64,000 nt of DNA from Eledone cirrhosa (lineage: Eukaryota), in the NCBI GenBank assembly GCA_964016885.1, contig OZ024748.1, positions 23,312,001 through 23,376,000 on the forward strand. The letters run 5' to 3'. The translations under genes were made by a program, and so were the position numbers. Shown here in pieces: positions 12,440 to 27,010 of the stretch. Positions within the stretch are counted from its first letter, which is position 1. Each line of letters starts with the position of its first letter. The notes under the pieces are model-generated. The model had not been told where the DNA came from. It did not search any database and saw only the letters and a list, made by a program, of their open reading frames with translations.

Positions 12440-15110
12440 TGTGTGGTGGTGGTGGTGATGGTGGTTGTGGTGGTGGTGGTAATGGTGGTGGTGGTGGTGG
12501 TGGTGGTTGTGGTGGTGGTGGTGGTGGTGGTGGTGGTGGTGGTGGTGGTGGTGGTTGTGGTGGTTGTGGTGTTGGTGGTGATGGTGGTGATGGTGGTTGT
12601 GGTGGTGGTGGTGGTGGTGGTGATGGTGGTGGTGGTGGTGGTGGTGATGGTGGTTGTGGTGGTTGTGGTGTTGGTGGTGATGGTGGTTGTGGTGGTGGTG
12701 GTGGTGGTGGTGGTGGTGGTGGTGGTTGTGGTGTTGGTTATGATGGTGGTGGTGGTGGTGGTGGTGGTGGTGATGATGGTGGTGGTGGTGGTGGTGGTGA
12801 TGGTGGTTGTGGTGGTTGTGGTGTTGGTGGTGATGGTGGTTGTGGTGGTGGTGGTGGTGGTGGTGGTGGTGGTGGTGGTTGTGGTGTTGGTGGTGATGGT
12901 GGTTGTGGTGGTGGTGGTGGTGGTGGTGGTGGTGGTGGTGGTGGTTGTGGTGTTGGTGGTGATGGTGGTTGTGGTGGTGGTGGTGGTGGTGTTGGTGGTG
13001 GTTGTGGTGGTGGTGGTGGTGATGGTGGTTGTGGTGGTGGTAGTAGTGGTGGTGGTGATGGTGGTTGTGATGGTAGTGGTGGTCGCCGTGGTGGTGGTGG
13101 TGGTTGTGGTGGTGGTAGTAGTGGTGGTGGTGATGGTGGTTGTGATGGTAGTGGTGGTCGCCGTGGTGGTGGTGGTGGTGGTGGTTGTGGTGGTGATGGT
13201 GGTTGTGATGGTGGTGGTGTTGGTGGTGATGGTGGTTGTGGTGGTGGTTGTGGTGGTGGTGGTGTTGGTGGTGATGGTGGTGGTGGTGGTGGTGGTTGTG
13301 GTGGTGATGGTGGTGGTGGTTGTGGTGGTGGTGGTGTTGGTGGTGGTGGTTGTGGTGGTGATGGTGGTGGTGGTTGTGGTGGTGGTGGTGGTGATGGTGG
13401 TTGTGATGGTAGTGGTGGTCGCCGTGGTGGTGGTGGTGGTGGTGGTTGTGGTGGTGATGGTGGTTGTGATGGTGGTTGTGGTGGTGGTGGTGGTGGTGGT
13501 GGTGGTTGTGGTGGTGGTGGTGTTGGTGGTGATGGTGGTTGTGGTGGTGGTGATGGTGGTTGTGGTGGTGGTAGTGGTGATGGTGGTTGTGGTGGTGGTA
13601 GTAGTGGTGGTGGTGATGGTGGTTGTGATGGTAGTGGTGGTCGCCGTGGTGGTGGTGGTGGTGATGGTGGTTGTGGTGGTGGTGGTGGTGATGGTGGTTG
13701 GGGTGGTGGTAGTAGTGGTGGTGGTGATGGTGGTTGTGATGGTAGTGGTGGTCGCCGTGGTGGTGGTGGTGGTGATGGTGGTTGTGGTGGTGGTGGTGGT
13801 GATGGTGGTGGTGGTTGTGGTGGTGATGGTGGTGGTGGTTGTGGTGGTGGTGGTGTTGGTGGTGGTGGTTGTGGTGGTGATGGTGGTTGTGGTGGTGGTA
13901 GTAGTGGAGGTGGTGATGGTGGTTGTGATGCTAGTGGTGGTCGCCGTGGTGGTGGTGGTGGTGGTGGTGGTGGTTGTGGTGGTGATGGTGCTTGTGATGG
14001 TGGTTGTGGTGGTGGTGGTGGTGGTGGTTGTGGTGGTGATGGTGGTTGTGATGGTGGTTGTGGTGGTGGTGGTGATGGTGGTTGTGATGGTAGTGGTGGT
14101 CGCCGTGGTGGTGGTGGTGGTGGTGGTGGTGGTGGTGGTGATGGTGGTTGTGGTGGTGGTGGTGTTGGTGGTGGTGGTGTTGGTGGTGGTGGTGGTTGTG
14201 GTGGTTGTGGTGGTAGTGATGGTGGTTGTGGTGGTGGTGGTGGTGATGGTGGTTGTGGTGGTGGTGGTGGTGGTGGTGGTGATGGTGATGGTGGTTGTGG
14301 TGGTGGTAGTAGTGGTGGTGGTGATGGTGGTTGTGATGGTAGTGGTGGTCGCCGTGGTGGTGGTGGTGGTGATGGTGGTGGCACTGGTGGTGGTGGTGAT
14401 GATAGTGGTGGTCGCCGTGGTGGTGGTGGTGGTGGTGGACATGGTGATGGTCTTGGTGGTGATGGTGGTTGTTGTGGAGTGGCTGCGTTGGTGGAGGTGG
14501 TGGTGGTGGTGGCTGTGATGATGGTGGAGGCAGTGATGGTGATAATGGGGATGGAGGTAATAGTGGAGTGTGGGTGGAGGTGATGGTGGAGGTGATGGCG
14601 GAGGTGATGGTGGAGGTGAGGGTGGAGGTGGTGGAGATGATGGTGGAGGTGAGGGTGGAGGTGGTGGAGGTGATGGTGGAGATGAGGGTGGAGGTGTTGG
14701 AGGTGGAGGAGGAGGTTGAGGTGATGGTGGAGAATGTGGAGGAGATGGTGGAGGTGGTGGTGGAGGTGGTGGAGATGATGGTGTGATGGAGGAGGTGATG
14801 GGGATAGAGGTGATGGTGATGGAGGTGATGTGGAGGTGATGTGGAGGTGATGGCGGTGGAGGTGGTGATGGAGGTGATGGTGGTGGAGTTGGTGACGGAG
14901 GTGATGGTGGTGGAGGTGGTGATGGAGGTGATGGAGGTGATGGAGGTGATGTCATAGTGAAGATCTGGTGTGTTGTTGTTGGTGGTTGTGGTGGTGGTGG
15001 TGGTGGCGGCGGCCGCGGCGGTAGTGTGATAATGATGATCTGGTGTGTTGTTGTTGTTGGTGGCGATGGTAGTGGTGATACTGATAGTGGTAGTGTCATA
15101 GTGGTGGTGG
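12440..15110. repeat. (GGT)n-based mosaic with recurrent ggtcgccgt module, grading into GGAGGT repeats
   Basis: Direct inspection. Confidence 0.95.
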
Positions 15111-15399
15111 TAATGTTATAATGTTGTTGCTACGGTGGTAGTGTTGGGGCGTCTGTTATAGTTGTGTAATTGTGAAGATGTTGTAGTGTTGTTAGTAGTG
15201 ACGCCATTAGTTTTATAGTGGTGGTGGAGGGGGGGAGGCGTCTTCATAATTCAATGTATCCTTCCTTTTCTAACACGAGAGTGTAATTTGATTGAGATTT
15301 GACTGCTATTTCATGCAAATCTAACAACTACTTGGTGATGCCCTTATTGACTCAACTAAAGCGTTTTGTTTATTTGTTGTTTTCTTTGGAGAGGAGAGT

Positions 15400-16300
15400 A
15401 AGGAGGGTGAGAAATGGGAGGAGTTTGAGAAAGGGGACGATGTGAGGAAGAGGCAGAGTAAGAGGATAGAAAAGAGGATGGACGGAAGGTGGGGTAAGAG
15501 GCGGAGCAAGATGTGAGGCGAGAGGCGGGACATAAGGTGGGGCAAGAGGCATGGTATGAGGACAGAGAAGAGGCGGGGTATGAGGATAGAAAAGAAGTGA
15601 GACAAGAGGATGCACAAGAGGCGAGGGTATGAGGATGGAGAAGAGCTGGCGTAATAGGCGAGGCATGAAGATAGACAAGATGTGGAGCAAGAGGCGGGGC
15701 AAGAGGCAGCGCAATAAGATAGATAAGAGGTGGAGCAAGAGGCGGCGCAATAAGATAGACAAGAGGTGGAGCAACAGGATAGACAAGAGGTGGAGCAAGA
15801 GGCGTCGCAATAAGATAGACAAGAGGTGGAGCAAGAGAATAGACAAGAGGTGGAGCAAGAGGCGGCGCAATAAGATAGACAAGAGGTGGAGCAAGAGGAT
15901 AGACAAGAGGTGGAGCAAGAGGCGGCGCAATAAGATAGACAAGAGGTGGGGCAAGAGGCGGGGCAAGAGGCGGCGCAATAAGATAGATAAGAGGTGGAGC
16001 AAGAGGATAGACAAGAGGCGGAGTAAGAGGCGGGGAAAGAGGCAGCGCAATAAGATAGATAAGAGGTGGAGCAAGAGGATAGACAAGAGGCGGGGCAAGA
16101 GGCGGCGCAATAAGATAGACAAGAGGCGGAGCAAGAGGATAGACAAGAGGCGGAGTAAGAGGCGGGGAAAGAGGCAGCGCAATAAGATAGACAAGAGGCG
16201 GAGCAAGAGGTGGAGCAAGAGGATAGACAAGAGGCGGGACAAGAGGATAGAGAGAAGAGGTGACGCAAGAGGTGGGGCAAGAAGTGGGGCAAGAGGAGTG
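15400..16300. repeat. Complex purine-rich minisatellite of ~12-bp AAGAGG-N6 modules
   Basis: Variants of aagaggcggcgc / aataagatagac / aagaggtggagc. Confidence 0.9.
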
Positions 16301-16559
16301 ACAAAGTGGCGGGAGGGGGGAACAAGAGTAGTGACAAAGTCGGGGGGTGGCCAAGAGGAGGGACAAGTGAGTGCAGGCATGTCTAATATTTGTGGTGTGT
16401 AATTGAAACAACAGTTATTGGGGGTGAGGGGTTATGGTGTTGTGACGGCGGCAGGGGGAGAAGCGGCAATGGAGGGGTGGGGTAAGAGAGAAAGTCGGTC
16501 AAAGAGAGTTTTGTGAACTGTCGGGTGGGGTGCACGGTTGACATCTGTAGAAATAATGG

Positions 16560-17680
16560 TGGGGTGGCGGCGGGTGGCGGTGGTGGTGGGGTGGTGTAGT
16601 GGTGGGGTAGTGGTGGTGGGGTGGTGTGGTGGTGGGGTGGAGGTGGTGGTGGGGTGGGTGTGGTGGTGGGGTAGTGGTGGTGCTGCGTGAATTCTTTGAA
16701 GGAAGGTGGTGTTTTTGTTATTGAATTAATGGAGTTGGAAGTGATGTTGAGGGTTACGTCGCTGCTCTGTTGACTCGGTTGGTGGTGGTGTGGTGGTGGT
16801 AATGGTGGTGGTGGTGGTGGTGGTGTGGTGGTAATGGTGGTGGTGTGGTGGTGATAATGGTGGTGGTGGTGGTGGTGTGGTGGTGGTGTGGTGTGGTGGT
16901 GGTAATGGTGGTGGTGGTGGTAGTGGTGGTGGTGGTAGTGGTGGTGGTGGTGGTAGTGGTGGTGGAGGTGGTGGTGGTGTGGTGGTGGTGTGGTGGTAGT
17001 AGTGGTGGTGGTAGTGGTGGTGGTGGTCGTGTGGTGGTGGTGTGGTGTGGTAGTGGTGGTGTTGTGGTGGTGTGATGGTGGTCTGGTGGTGTTTTGATGC
17101 TGGTGGTGGTGTGGTAGTGTTGTGGTGGTGGTGGTGTGAGTGTATGGTGTTATGGTGGTGTGGTGGTCTGGCGGTGTGGTGGTATGGTGGTGTGGTGATG
17201 TTGTGGGGTTGTGGCGGTGTGGTCGTGTGGTGGTATGGTGGTATGGTGGTGTGGTGTTGTGGTGGAATGGTGGTATGGTGGTGTGGTGGTGTGGCGGCTT
17301 GGTGTTGCGGTGTTGTGGTGGTGTGGTGGTGTGGTGGTGTGGCGGTGTATGGTAGTGGTGGTGGTGTGGTGGTGGTGGTGTGGTGGTCTATGGTAGTGGT
17401 GGTGGTGTGGTGGTGTATAGTAGTGGTGGTGTATGGTAATGTTGTGGTGTTGTTGTCGGTGTTGGTGTTGTTGTTGTGGTGTTGATGGTAGTGGTGGTGG
17501 TGGTTGCACAGGGTAGTGGTGGTGGTGGAACAGTGTAGTGATGGTGGTGATGGTGGTGGGACAGTGTAGTGATGGTGGTGGTGGTGGTAGAGTGTAGTGA
17601 TGGTGATGGTGGTACAGTGTAGTGGTGGTGATGATGGTGGTTGAGTGTAGTTGTGGTGGTGGTACAGTGTAGTGATGTGC
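16560..17680. repeat. GT-rich low-complexity block
   Basis: Direct inspection. Confidence 0.9.
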
Positions 17681-17863
17681 AACTATGAATAAGAAGGAGA
17701 AAGCCAGAGAGGAAGTGAATGTCGTGAAATCCTTTTCCTGTCACACACACACACACACATACATACATACACACACACACATACACACACATACAGAGAG
17801 AGAGAGTCTTTCAGTATGTTCAGGATGACAGACATAATACAGTTAAGTAATAACCTACCCAAT

Positions 17864-18008
<145 letters not shown>

Positions 18009-18132
18009 TGTAGTGTTATAGCTTCACTTCTAGAAAAATACTATTATGTTCTAATTTAAAATACTTTAATTAGTCATTTTTACATACTTTTATATAAATC
18101 CCTTGGTTCGGAACACTAAAATGTTTAAGTCC

Positions 18133-18175
18133 ATCATACACGTTTCTAGACTTTTATAGTCTCATCATCAGGCTG
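18133..18175 (-). ncRNA. Degenerate minimal hammerhead motif
   Basis: CTGATGA-t(g)agact-ataaa-agtcta-GAAAC-gt-GTA. Stem I does not pair. Confidence 0.4.
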
Positions 18176-18329
18176 TGAAACTGTTGGCTTCTGCATTGAC
18201 TTTTTATAGTAGGCCAATATAATTTCAATAGAATCTACCGCCAAGATTTGACTGTTAGATTTATACCTTACCTATCATAATTAGCCGTCTACCTTTGCAG
18301 GGAATTCTATATAAGGTGGTAAGGTATGG

Positions 18330-18964
18330 CATGGTATGGTATGGACCTGTAACTTCTGATGGAGTCGTAGTGGCGCCATATTGGCATACGGCGTTTCTAA
18401 GGCATTTTAAAAACCTGTGGAGGCCGTCTCCTCTCCAGGCTTGAATACAGTAGATTTCTTCCAGAGAAGGATAGAGAGAAAGAGATATAGAAGAAGAATC
18501 GACCCCTATTAATTGTTTCTACTTTTTGACACAAGGCCAGCAAATTACCCAGTGCATTACTGGTACTTTATTTTATCGACTAAGGATGAAAGGCAAAGTT
18601 AACCTCGGCGGTATTTGAACTCAGACCTCTACCGATACTGCCAATCTACCGCATTTTTTATTGACTACTAATGGATAAAAGACAAAGTTGACCTCGACGG
18701 AATTTAAACTCAGACAGCAGAGAGCCGAAATGAATACTACAAAACATTCTATCTGACGTTCTAACGACTCTGCCAACTCGCCGCCTCTACTTTTGGCACA
18801 AAGCCAGAACTTATCCCAGTGCGTTACTGGTTCTTTATTTTATCAACCCTGTAAGGATGAAACGCAAAGTTAACCTCGGCGAGATTTGAACTCGGACTGT
18901 AAAGGGACGTACGTAACTCAGACCGTAGAGAGACTTATCTACCGATACTGCCAAACCTACGCCC
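18330..18964 (-). mobile_element. Cluster of four nested or adjacent SINE pieces (18330-18507, 18511-18652, 18655-18785, 18786-18964)
   Basis: Repeated aggatgaaaggcaaagttaacctcggc / tttgaactcag segments. The tail segment is shared with 44990-45145. Confidence 0.8.
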
Positions 18965-19308
18965 TTTATAAAATTGTAAACATTTTAATTTTAACAGAGT
19001 CTTCCTGTCTTCCTTCGGTTGCAACGTTTTTTGAAATATTTACTTTTGCGTTCACAGATTGACTTTGTTAGTTTCAGAAGCTCCCGTTAAGGGTGAAAGC
19101 AGCGATTCTTTGCTTAAACTTTAATCTGTTATTTTAATAAATATTTGCTCTACGGTTCTTATATATTTGATATATACTTATCCTTAGCGAGCCCTCTTTG
19201 GATTTTTTTAGTCTTCAAATTTATTATTATTACTATATATATATATATATATAAATATATATATGTGTGTGTGTGTGTGTGAGACAGAGAGAGAGATAAA
19301 TATAGATA

Positions 19309-19359
<51 letters not shown>

Positions 19360-19415
19360 TTATAATTGAATATAAAAGAAAGACGAACACAGATATCTAC
19401 ATATATGTGTTCAAG

Positions 19416-19536
<121 letters not shown>

Positions 19537-19716
19537 TATATACATATATGTGTACGGCTCGGAAACATCTCTTTCCTAGAGCTATCTTATTGTAAGAGAC
19601 TATTTTGAGTTTCTAACTCAATATATACCTTTGATATATATATATATATATATATAGAAAGAAAGGGAGAGAGAGAGAGAGAGAGAAATATATAGATGCG
19701 TGTGCATGTGTGCGTG

Positions 19717-19789
<73 letters not shown>

Positions 19790-19797
<8 letters not shown>

Positions 19798-19959
19798 AAT
19801 GGCTTCTACAGGACTAGAACTGTTTCATTCTTTCTGAAGATTTCCTCCGAATGAAACATTTCTAGTCTTGTAAAAGCCATTTCTATATTAAATTACTTTT
19901 ACTCTGCTATGTATTGAGTACCTTACTTACTGTGGTTATCTCCGATTTAACCCGGGATC

Positions 19960-19962
<3 letters not shown>
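19790..19962 (+). mobile_element. Short PLE-type element with inverted 5' arm in (TA)n
   Basis: 19790-19830 is an inverted copy of 19849-19887. Contains an HHR and TTGAGTACC near the 3' end. Confidence 0.7.
19830..19876 (+). ncRNA. Type I hammerhead ribozyme
   Basis: cttt-CTGAAGA-tttc-ctcc-gaat-GAAAC-a..t-GTA/aaag. U-U mismatch at the base of stem II. Confidence 0.65.
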
Positions 19963-19990
<28 letters not shown>

Positions 19991-19993
<3 letters not shown>

Positions 19994-20532
19994 CAAGGTT
20001 TAGCAAATAAGATAAAGTTTCAAAATAAATTTTAAAAAATTAACTGTACTTACTATGGTTACCTTTACCGAGTCGGTTTCGATTCTCAAAAATAAACGGA
20101 GTCCATACGGCCTTCGTTGCAAAGAAAGAATCTCGTCAGAAGGATCTTTTCATTCGGAGAATATAAAATTCTCGAATTCAAATTACGAACTGGCGCTATT
20201 CAAAATTGTTCCCGAGATGAGAGTAAATGAAGTGGAATCAATTTTTTCAAGGGCCGAGTGTAAAGATAAAGGCAGAGGCAGAGAGGTCAGATGGCTACTG
20301 CTATAACTAACAGCAGTCAGAACGACCAAATTTTTCTCAACATAGAGGAGTATAGTAATAATAGGATATGTGTTCCTACACGCACAAGGCGCTAAGGGAC
20401 ACATGTATTGTCCAACCATATGCCAATGTGGTTCAATGGCAGGTTAATAAATTAACGAGCCAGAACATATATAATCAAGGTTTAGCAAATAAGATAAAGT
20501 TTCAAAATAAATTTTAAAAAATTAACTGTACT

Positions 20533-20538
<6 letters not shown>
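19991..20538 (-). mobile_element. Non-autonomous HHR retroelement (retrozyme-like): 482-bp monomer plus 66-bp terminal redundancy
   Basis: Identical direct repeats 19991-20056 / 20473-20538, (TA)n flanks, intact HHR. Confidence 0.8.
20062..20143 (-). ncRNA. Type I hammerhead ribozyme (intact core)
   Basis: cctt-CTGACGA-gattct...agaatc-GAAAC-cg-act-cg-GTA/aagg. Predicted cut between 20066 and 20065. Confidence 0.9.
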
Positions 20539-20588
<50 letters not shown>

Positions 20589-20595
<7 letters not shown>

Positions 20596-21290
20596 TAAAC
20601 AAATAATGAATAAAACAATGAAACAGTTCCTTATATTAAACAAAAAAAGTTCATTATTTAACGATCGTTTCTAGGATATATATGTGTTAGAATTGGCATG
20701 CATATTCAACAGATCTATGTACAAAATTATACAAAATTATACAAACTATCAAGATTAAATATACATACCAACACATATATACGCCGTCTTCTGAAGACGG
20801 CGTATATATGTGTTGGTATGTATATTTAATCTTGATAGTTTGTATAATTTTGTATAATTTTGTACATAGATCTGTTGAATATGCATGCCAATTCTAACAC
20901 ATATATATCCTAGAAACGATCGTTAAATAATTGTTTCTACTTTTGGCACAAGGCCAGCAATTATCCCAGTACATTACTGGTACTTTATTTTATCGACCCC
21001 GTAAGGATGAAAGGCAAAGTAAACCTCGGCGGGATTTGAACTCAGATCGTAAAGGGACGTAACTATGCTGGAAAGCATGGCGTCCGACCTTCCACCGATA
21101 CTGCCAATCCACCAAGGAACTGTTTCATTGTTTTATTCATTATTTGTTTAATATTTTATCTTGACTCTGTATACCGTTTATCTTTCACCGAAAGTGATTT
21201 TTCATTACATCTCTTCTTTCCATGATATCCGGAATACATTGAGTTCTTCATACGGATTGGACACTACCGTAAACTCTTGGTAGATTTATC

Positions 21291-21293
<3 letters not shown>
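20589..21293 (+). mobile_element. PLE-type fold-back element with perfect palindrome centred on 20792, interrupted by a SINE
   Basis: Arms 20653-20791 / 20793-20931, outer arms ~20589-20632 / ~21114-21157. CTGAAGA...GAAAC-gatc-GTT motif, (TA)n flanks. Confidence 0.8.
20929..21113 (-). mobile_element. Nin/Deu-domain tRNA SINE
   Basis: Full-length match to the family. Confidence 0.9.
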
Positions 21294-21343
<50 letters not shown>

Positions 21344-21554
21344 AAACAAACAAATGCAAATCTATATTCATGGATATATTTTTAAAAACAAATAATTATC
21401 TTCACCATGACCAATATACTCATATAACTGTACACGTGACCAAGGCGTCAACCAATGAAATGACAGTTCTATGAACTAAATAGAATCTGTTGGTGAGTCT
21501 GGCTATTTCATTAGCTAATATAAAGGTCAGATTTAGATGTGGGTATTGACATTG

Positions 21555-22753
21555 AGACATATACACATACATATACACACACACATATATATGTATGTGT
21601 ATGTGTATATGTGTATATGTGTGTATGTATGTGTGTGTATGTCTGTGTTATGTCAGTGTGTGAGTTATGTCATATATGTGAGTTCATATATGTATTTGTG
21701 TATGTGTGTATATGTATGTATGTATGTCTATATTATGTATGTATTTGTATGTATGTATGTGTATGTGTGTATATGTATGTGTATGTATATACTTGTGTAT
21801 ATGTATATATGTATGTGTGTATGTCTATGTTATGTCGGTGAGTGTGAGTGTATATGTATGTGTGTATATGTATGTGTATGTATGCCAATGTTATGTCGGT
21901 GAATGTGAGTGTATATGTATGTGTGTGTGTATGTATGTGTGTGAGTATGTCAATGTTATGTTAGTGTGTGTGTTATGTGAGGGTGTTTGAAAAAAAGATA
22001 AAAAGAGCGACATAGCTGTGCGTGTCCCACACTCTATATGTGTGTGTATATATGTGTGTGTGTGTCTGTGTATATATATGTGTGTATGTGTGTGTATATA
22101 TGTGTATGTGTGTTTATACGTGTCTCTGTGTGTGTATGTGTGTGTATGTCTGTGTATATATATGTGTGTGTATGTGTGTGTATATATGTGTATGTGTGTT
22201 TATACGTGTCTCTATGTGTGTATGTGTGTGTAAGTCTGTGTGTATATATATGTGTGTGTATGTCTGTGTATATATATGTGTGTGTATGTGTGTGTATATA
22301 TGTGTATGTGTGTTTATACGTGTCTCTGTGTGTGTATGTGTGTGTATGTGTGTGTAAGTTTGTGTATATATATATGTGTGTGTATGTCTGTGTGTGTAAG
22401 TCTGTGTGTATATATATGTGTGTGTATTTCTGTGTATATATATGTGTGTGTATGTGTGTGCACGTTTATTTGTTCGTGTGCACGTGGAATTTTGTATGTA
22501 TGTGTATGTGCGCATGTGTGTCTGTGTTTGTGTATGAGTATGTCTGTGTGCGTATGTTTATGTGTGTCTATGTGTGCACATGTGTGTATGTGTGCACATG
22601 TGTGTCTGTGTGTGTCTGTGTATGTGTATGCGAATCTGTATGTGTGTGGGTGTATGTATGTGAATGTGTGTGTGTCTGTGTATATGTATGTTTATGGTTA
22701 TGTGTGTGTATGTGTTTATGTGTATGTGTGTGGTTATGTGTATGTGTATGTGG

Positions 22754-22785
<32 letters not shown>

Positions 22786-22988
22786 GTGCATGTGTATGTG
22801 TGTGTGTGTGTATGGTTATATATGTGGGTGTGCATGTGTATGTGCATGTGTATGCGCATGTGTATGCGTCTGTGTGTGTATGTGTATGGTTATGTGTATG
22901 TTTATGTGTATGTGTATGTGTATGTGTGTGTATGTGTATGTGTATGGTTATGTATGTGTGTGTGTATGTGTATGTGTATGGTTATGTA

Positions 22989-23025
<37 letters not shown>

Positions 23026-23090
23026 GTGTGTGTATGCGTATGTGTGTGTGTATGTGTATGGTTATGTATGCGTGTGTATGTATACGTGCG
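21555..23090. repeat. Degenerate (TG)/(TA)/(TATG) microsatellite field
   Basis: Direct inspection. Confidence 0.9.
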
Positions 23091-23269
23091 CGCTTACATA
23101 AGATTTCGGCGCGAAAGCAGTTTTTGCTGATGTAGGTTATTTGATACACAGCAGCTGTTTGGTGACTGCCCGCATTCTGTAAGACAAACACAACCACTAA
23201 TACCATTGTTATCACTAGTCAGCCATACACCCACACATACACACATACACACATACACACATACACATA

Positions 23270-24775
23270 CACAACCACGACCACAACCACCACCACCACA
23301 ACACCACCACCACAACACCAACACCAGCACCACCGCAGCACCACCAAGCACCACCACGACCACCACCACCACAACCACCACCAACACCAACACCACAACA
23401 ACACCACCACCACCTCGACCACCACAACCACCACCAACACCACCACAGCACCACCACCACACCATCACAACCACAGCAGCAGTAAACACCATCGCCGCAA
23501 CTATTACACCCATTACAACCAACACCACCATCACCACCACCACCACCACTAACACCATCACCAGCACCAACACCACCATCATCACCACCTCAGCACCACC
23601 ACCACCACCACCACCACCACCACAACACCAACACCAGCACCACCACAACCCCAACACCACCACCACCACCGAACCACCACCAACACCATCACCACCACAA
23701 CACCACCACCACAACACCAACACCACCACCACCACCACCACCAACACCACCACCACCACAGCACCACTACCACCACCACTACAACAACAGCAGCAGCAGT
23801 AAACATCATCGCCGCAACTATTACACCCATTACAACCAACACCAACACCAACACCACCACCAGCACCAACACCACCACCAACACCACCACCAGCACCAAC
23901 ACCACCACCAACACCAACACCAGCACCAACACCACCACCAACACCACCACCAGCACCAACACCACCACCAACACCACCACCAGCACCAACACCACAACCA
24001 GCACCAACACCACCACCAACACCAACACCAACACCAACACCAACACCACCACCAACACCACCACCAACACCACCACCAACACCAACACCAACACCAACAC
24101 CAACACCACCACATACACCACCACCAACACCACCACCAACACCAACACCAACACCAACACCACCACCAGCACCAACACCACCACCAACACCACCACCAGC
24201 ACCAACACCACCACATACACCACCACCAACACCACCACCAACACCAACACCAACACCACCACCAACACCAACACCAACACCACCACCAACACCACCACCA
24301 ACACCGACACCAACACCACCACATACACCACCACCAACACCACCACCAACACCAACACAAACACCACCACCAACACCAACACCAACACCACCACCACCAC
24401 CAACACCAACACCAACACCAACACCAACACCAACACCAACACCACCACCAACACCACCACCAACACCACCACCAACACCAACACCAACACCACCACATAC
24501 ACCACCACCAACACCACCACCAACACCAACACCAACACCAACACCAACACCAACACTACCACCAACACCACCACCAACACCACCACCAACACCAACACCA
24601 ACACCACCACCAACACCACCACCAACACCACCACCAACACCACCACCAACACCACCACCAGCACCAACACCACCACCAACACCAACACCAGCACCAACAC
24701 CACCACCACCACAACAACAACAACAACAACAGCAGTAAACACCATCGCCGCAACCTACCACCGCCGCAACTATTG
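23270..24775. repeat. CAC/CAA mosaic with a thrice-repeated anchor gcagtaaaca(c/t)catcgccgcaac
   Basis: Anchors near 23478, 23796 and 24732. Confidence 0.9.
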
Positions 24776-24789
24776 CGCCATTACAACTA

Positions 24790-27010
24790 TCACAACCACC
24801 ATCACTACCACCACAACAGCCACCATCACCACCATCACTACCACCACAACAGCCACCACCACCACCATCACTACCACCACAACAGCCACCATCACCACCA
24901 TCACCACCACCACTACCACCACAACAGCCACCATCACCACCATCACTACCACCACAACAGCCACCATCACCACCATTACTACCACCACAACAACCACCAT
25001 CACCACCATCACTACCACCACAACAACCACCATCACCACCATCACTACCACCACAACAGCCACCATCACCACCATCACTACCACCACAACAGCCACCATC
25101 ACCACCATCACCACCACCACTACCACCACAACAGCCACCATCACCACCATCACTACCACCACAACAGCCACCATCACCACCATCACTACCACCACAACAT
25201 CCACCATCACCACCATCACTACCACCACAACAGCAACCATCACCACCATCACTACCACCACAACAACCACCATCACCACCATCACTACCACCACAACATC
25301 CACCATCACCACCATCACTACCACCACAACAGCCACCATCACCACCATCACTACCACCACAACATCCACCATCACCACCATCACTACCACCACAACAGCC
25401 ACCATCACCACCATCACTACCACCACAACAGCCACCATCACCACCATCACTACCACCACAACAGCCACCATCACTACCACCACAACAACCACCATCACCA
25501 CCATCACTACCACAACAACCACCATCACCACCATCACTACCACCACAACAACCACCATCACCACCATCACTACCACCACAACAGCCACCATCACTACCAC
25601 CACAACAGCCACCATCACCACCATCACTACCACCACAACTGCCACCATCACCACCATCACTACCACCACAACAACCACCATCACCACCATCACTACCACC
25701 ACAACAGCCACCATCACCACCATCACTACCACCACAACATCCACCATCACCACCATCACTACCATCACAACAGCCACCATCACCACCATCACTACCACCA
25801 CAACAGCCACCATCACCACCATCACTACCACCACAACAGCCACCATTACTACCACCACAACAACCACCATCACCACCATCACTACCACAACAACCACCAT
25901 CACCACCATCACTACCACCACAACAACCACCATCACCACCATCACTACCACCACAACAGCCACCATCACTACCACCACAACAGCCACCATCACCACCATC
26001 ACTACCACCACAACAACCACCATCACCATCATCACTACCACCACAACTGCCACCATCACCACCATCACTACCACCACAACAGCCACCATCACCACCATCA
26101 CTACCACCACAACAACCACCATCACCACCATCACTACCACCACAACAGCCACCATCACCACCATCACTACCACCACAACATCCACCATCACCACCATCAC
26201 TACCATCACAACAGCCACCATCACCACCATCACTACCACCACAACAGCCACCATCACCACCATCACTACCACCACAACAGCCACCATCACTACCACCACA
26301 ACAACCACCATCACCACCATCACTACCACAACAACCACCATCACCACCATCACTACCACCACAACAACCACCATCACCACCATCACTACCACCACAACAG
26401 CCACCATCACTACCACCACAACAGCCACCATCACCACCATCACTACCACCACAACAGCCACCATCACCACCATCACTACCACCACAACAACCACCATCAC
26501 CACCATCACTACCACCACAACAACCACCATCACCACCATCACTACCACCACAACAACCACCATCACCACCATCACTACCACCACAACAGCCACCATCACT
26601 ACCACCACAACAGCCACCATCACCACCATCACTACCACCACAACAGCCACCATCACCACCATCACTACCACCACAACAACCCCCATCACCACCATCACTA
26701 CCACCACAACAACCACCATCACCACCATCACTACCACCACAACAGCCACCATCACCACCATCACTACCACCACAACAACCACCATCACCACCATCACTAC
26801 CACCACAACAGCCACCATCACCACCATCACTACCACCACAACATCCACCATCACCACCATCACTACCACCACAACATCCACCATCACCACCATCACTACC
26901 ACCACAACAGCCACCATCACCACCATCAGTACCACCACAACAGCCACCATCACTACCACCACAACAGCCACCATCACCACCATCACTACCACCACAACAG
27001 CCACCATCAC
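24790..27010. repeat. 33-bp minisatellite (caccatcaccaccatcactaccaccacaacagc)n with 24/30-bp variants
   Basis: 11-aa period [11 protein letters not shown] in ORF 24773..27055. Confidence 0.95.
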
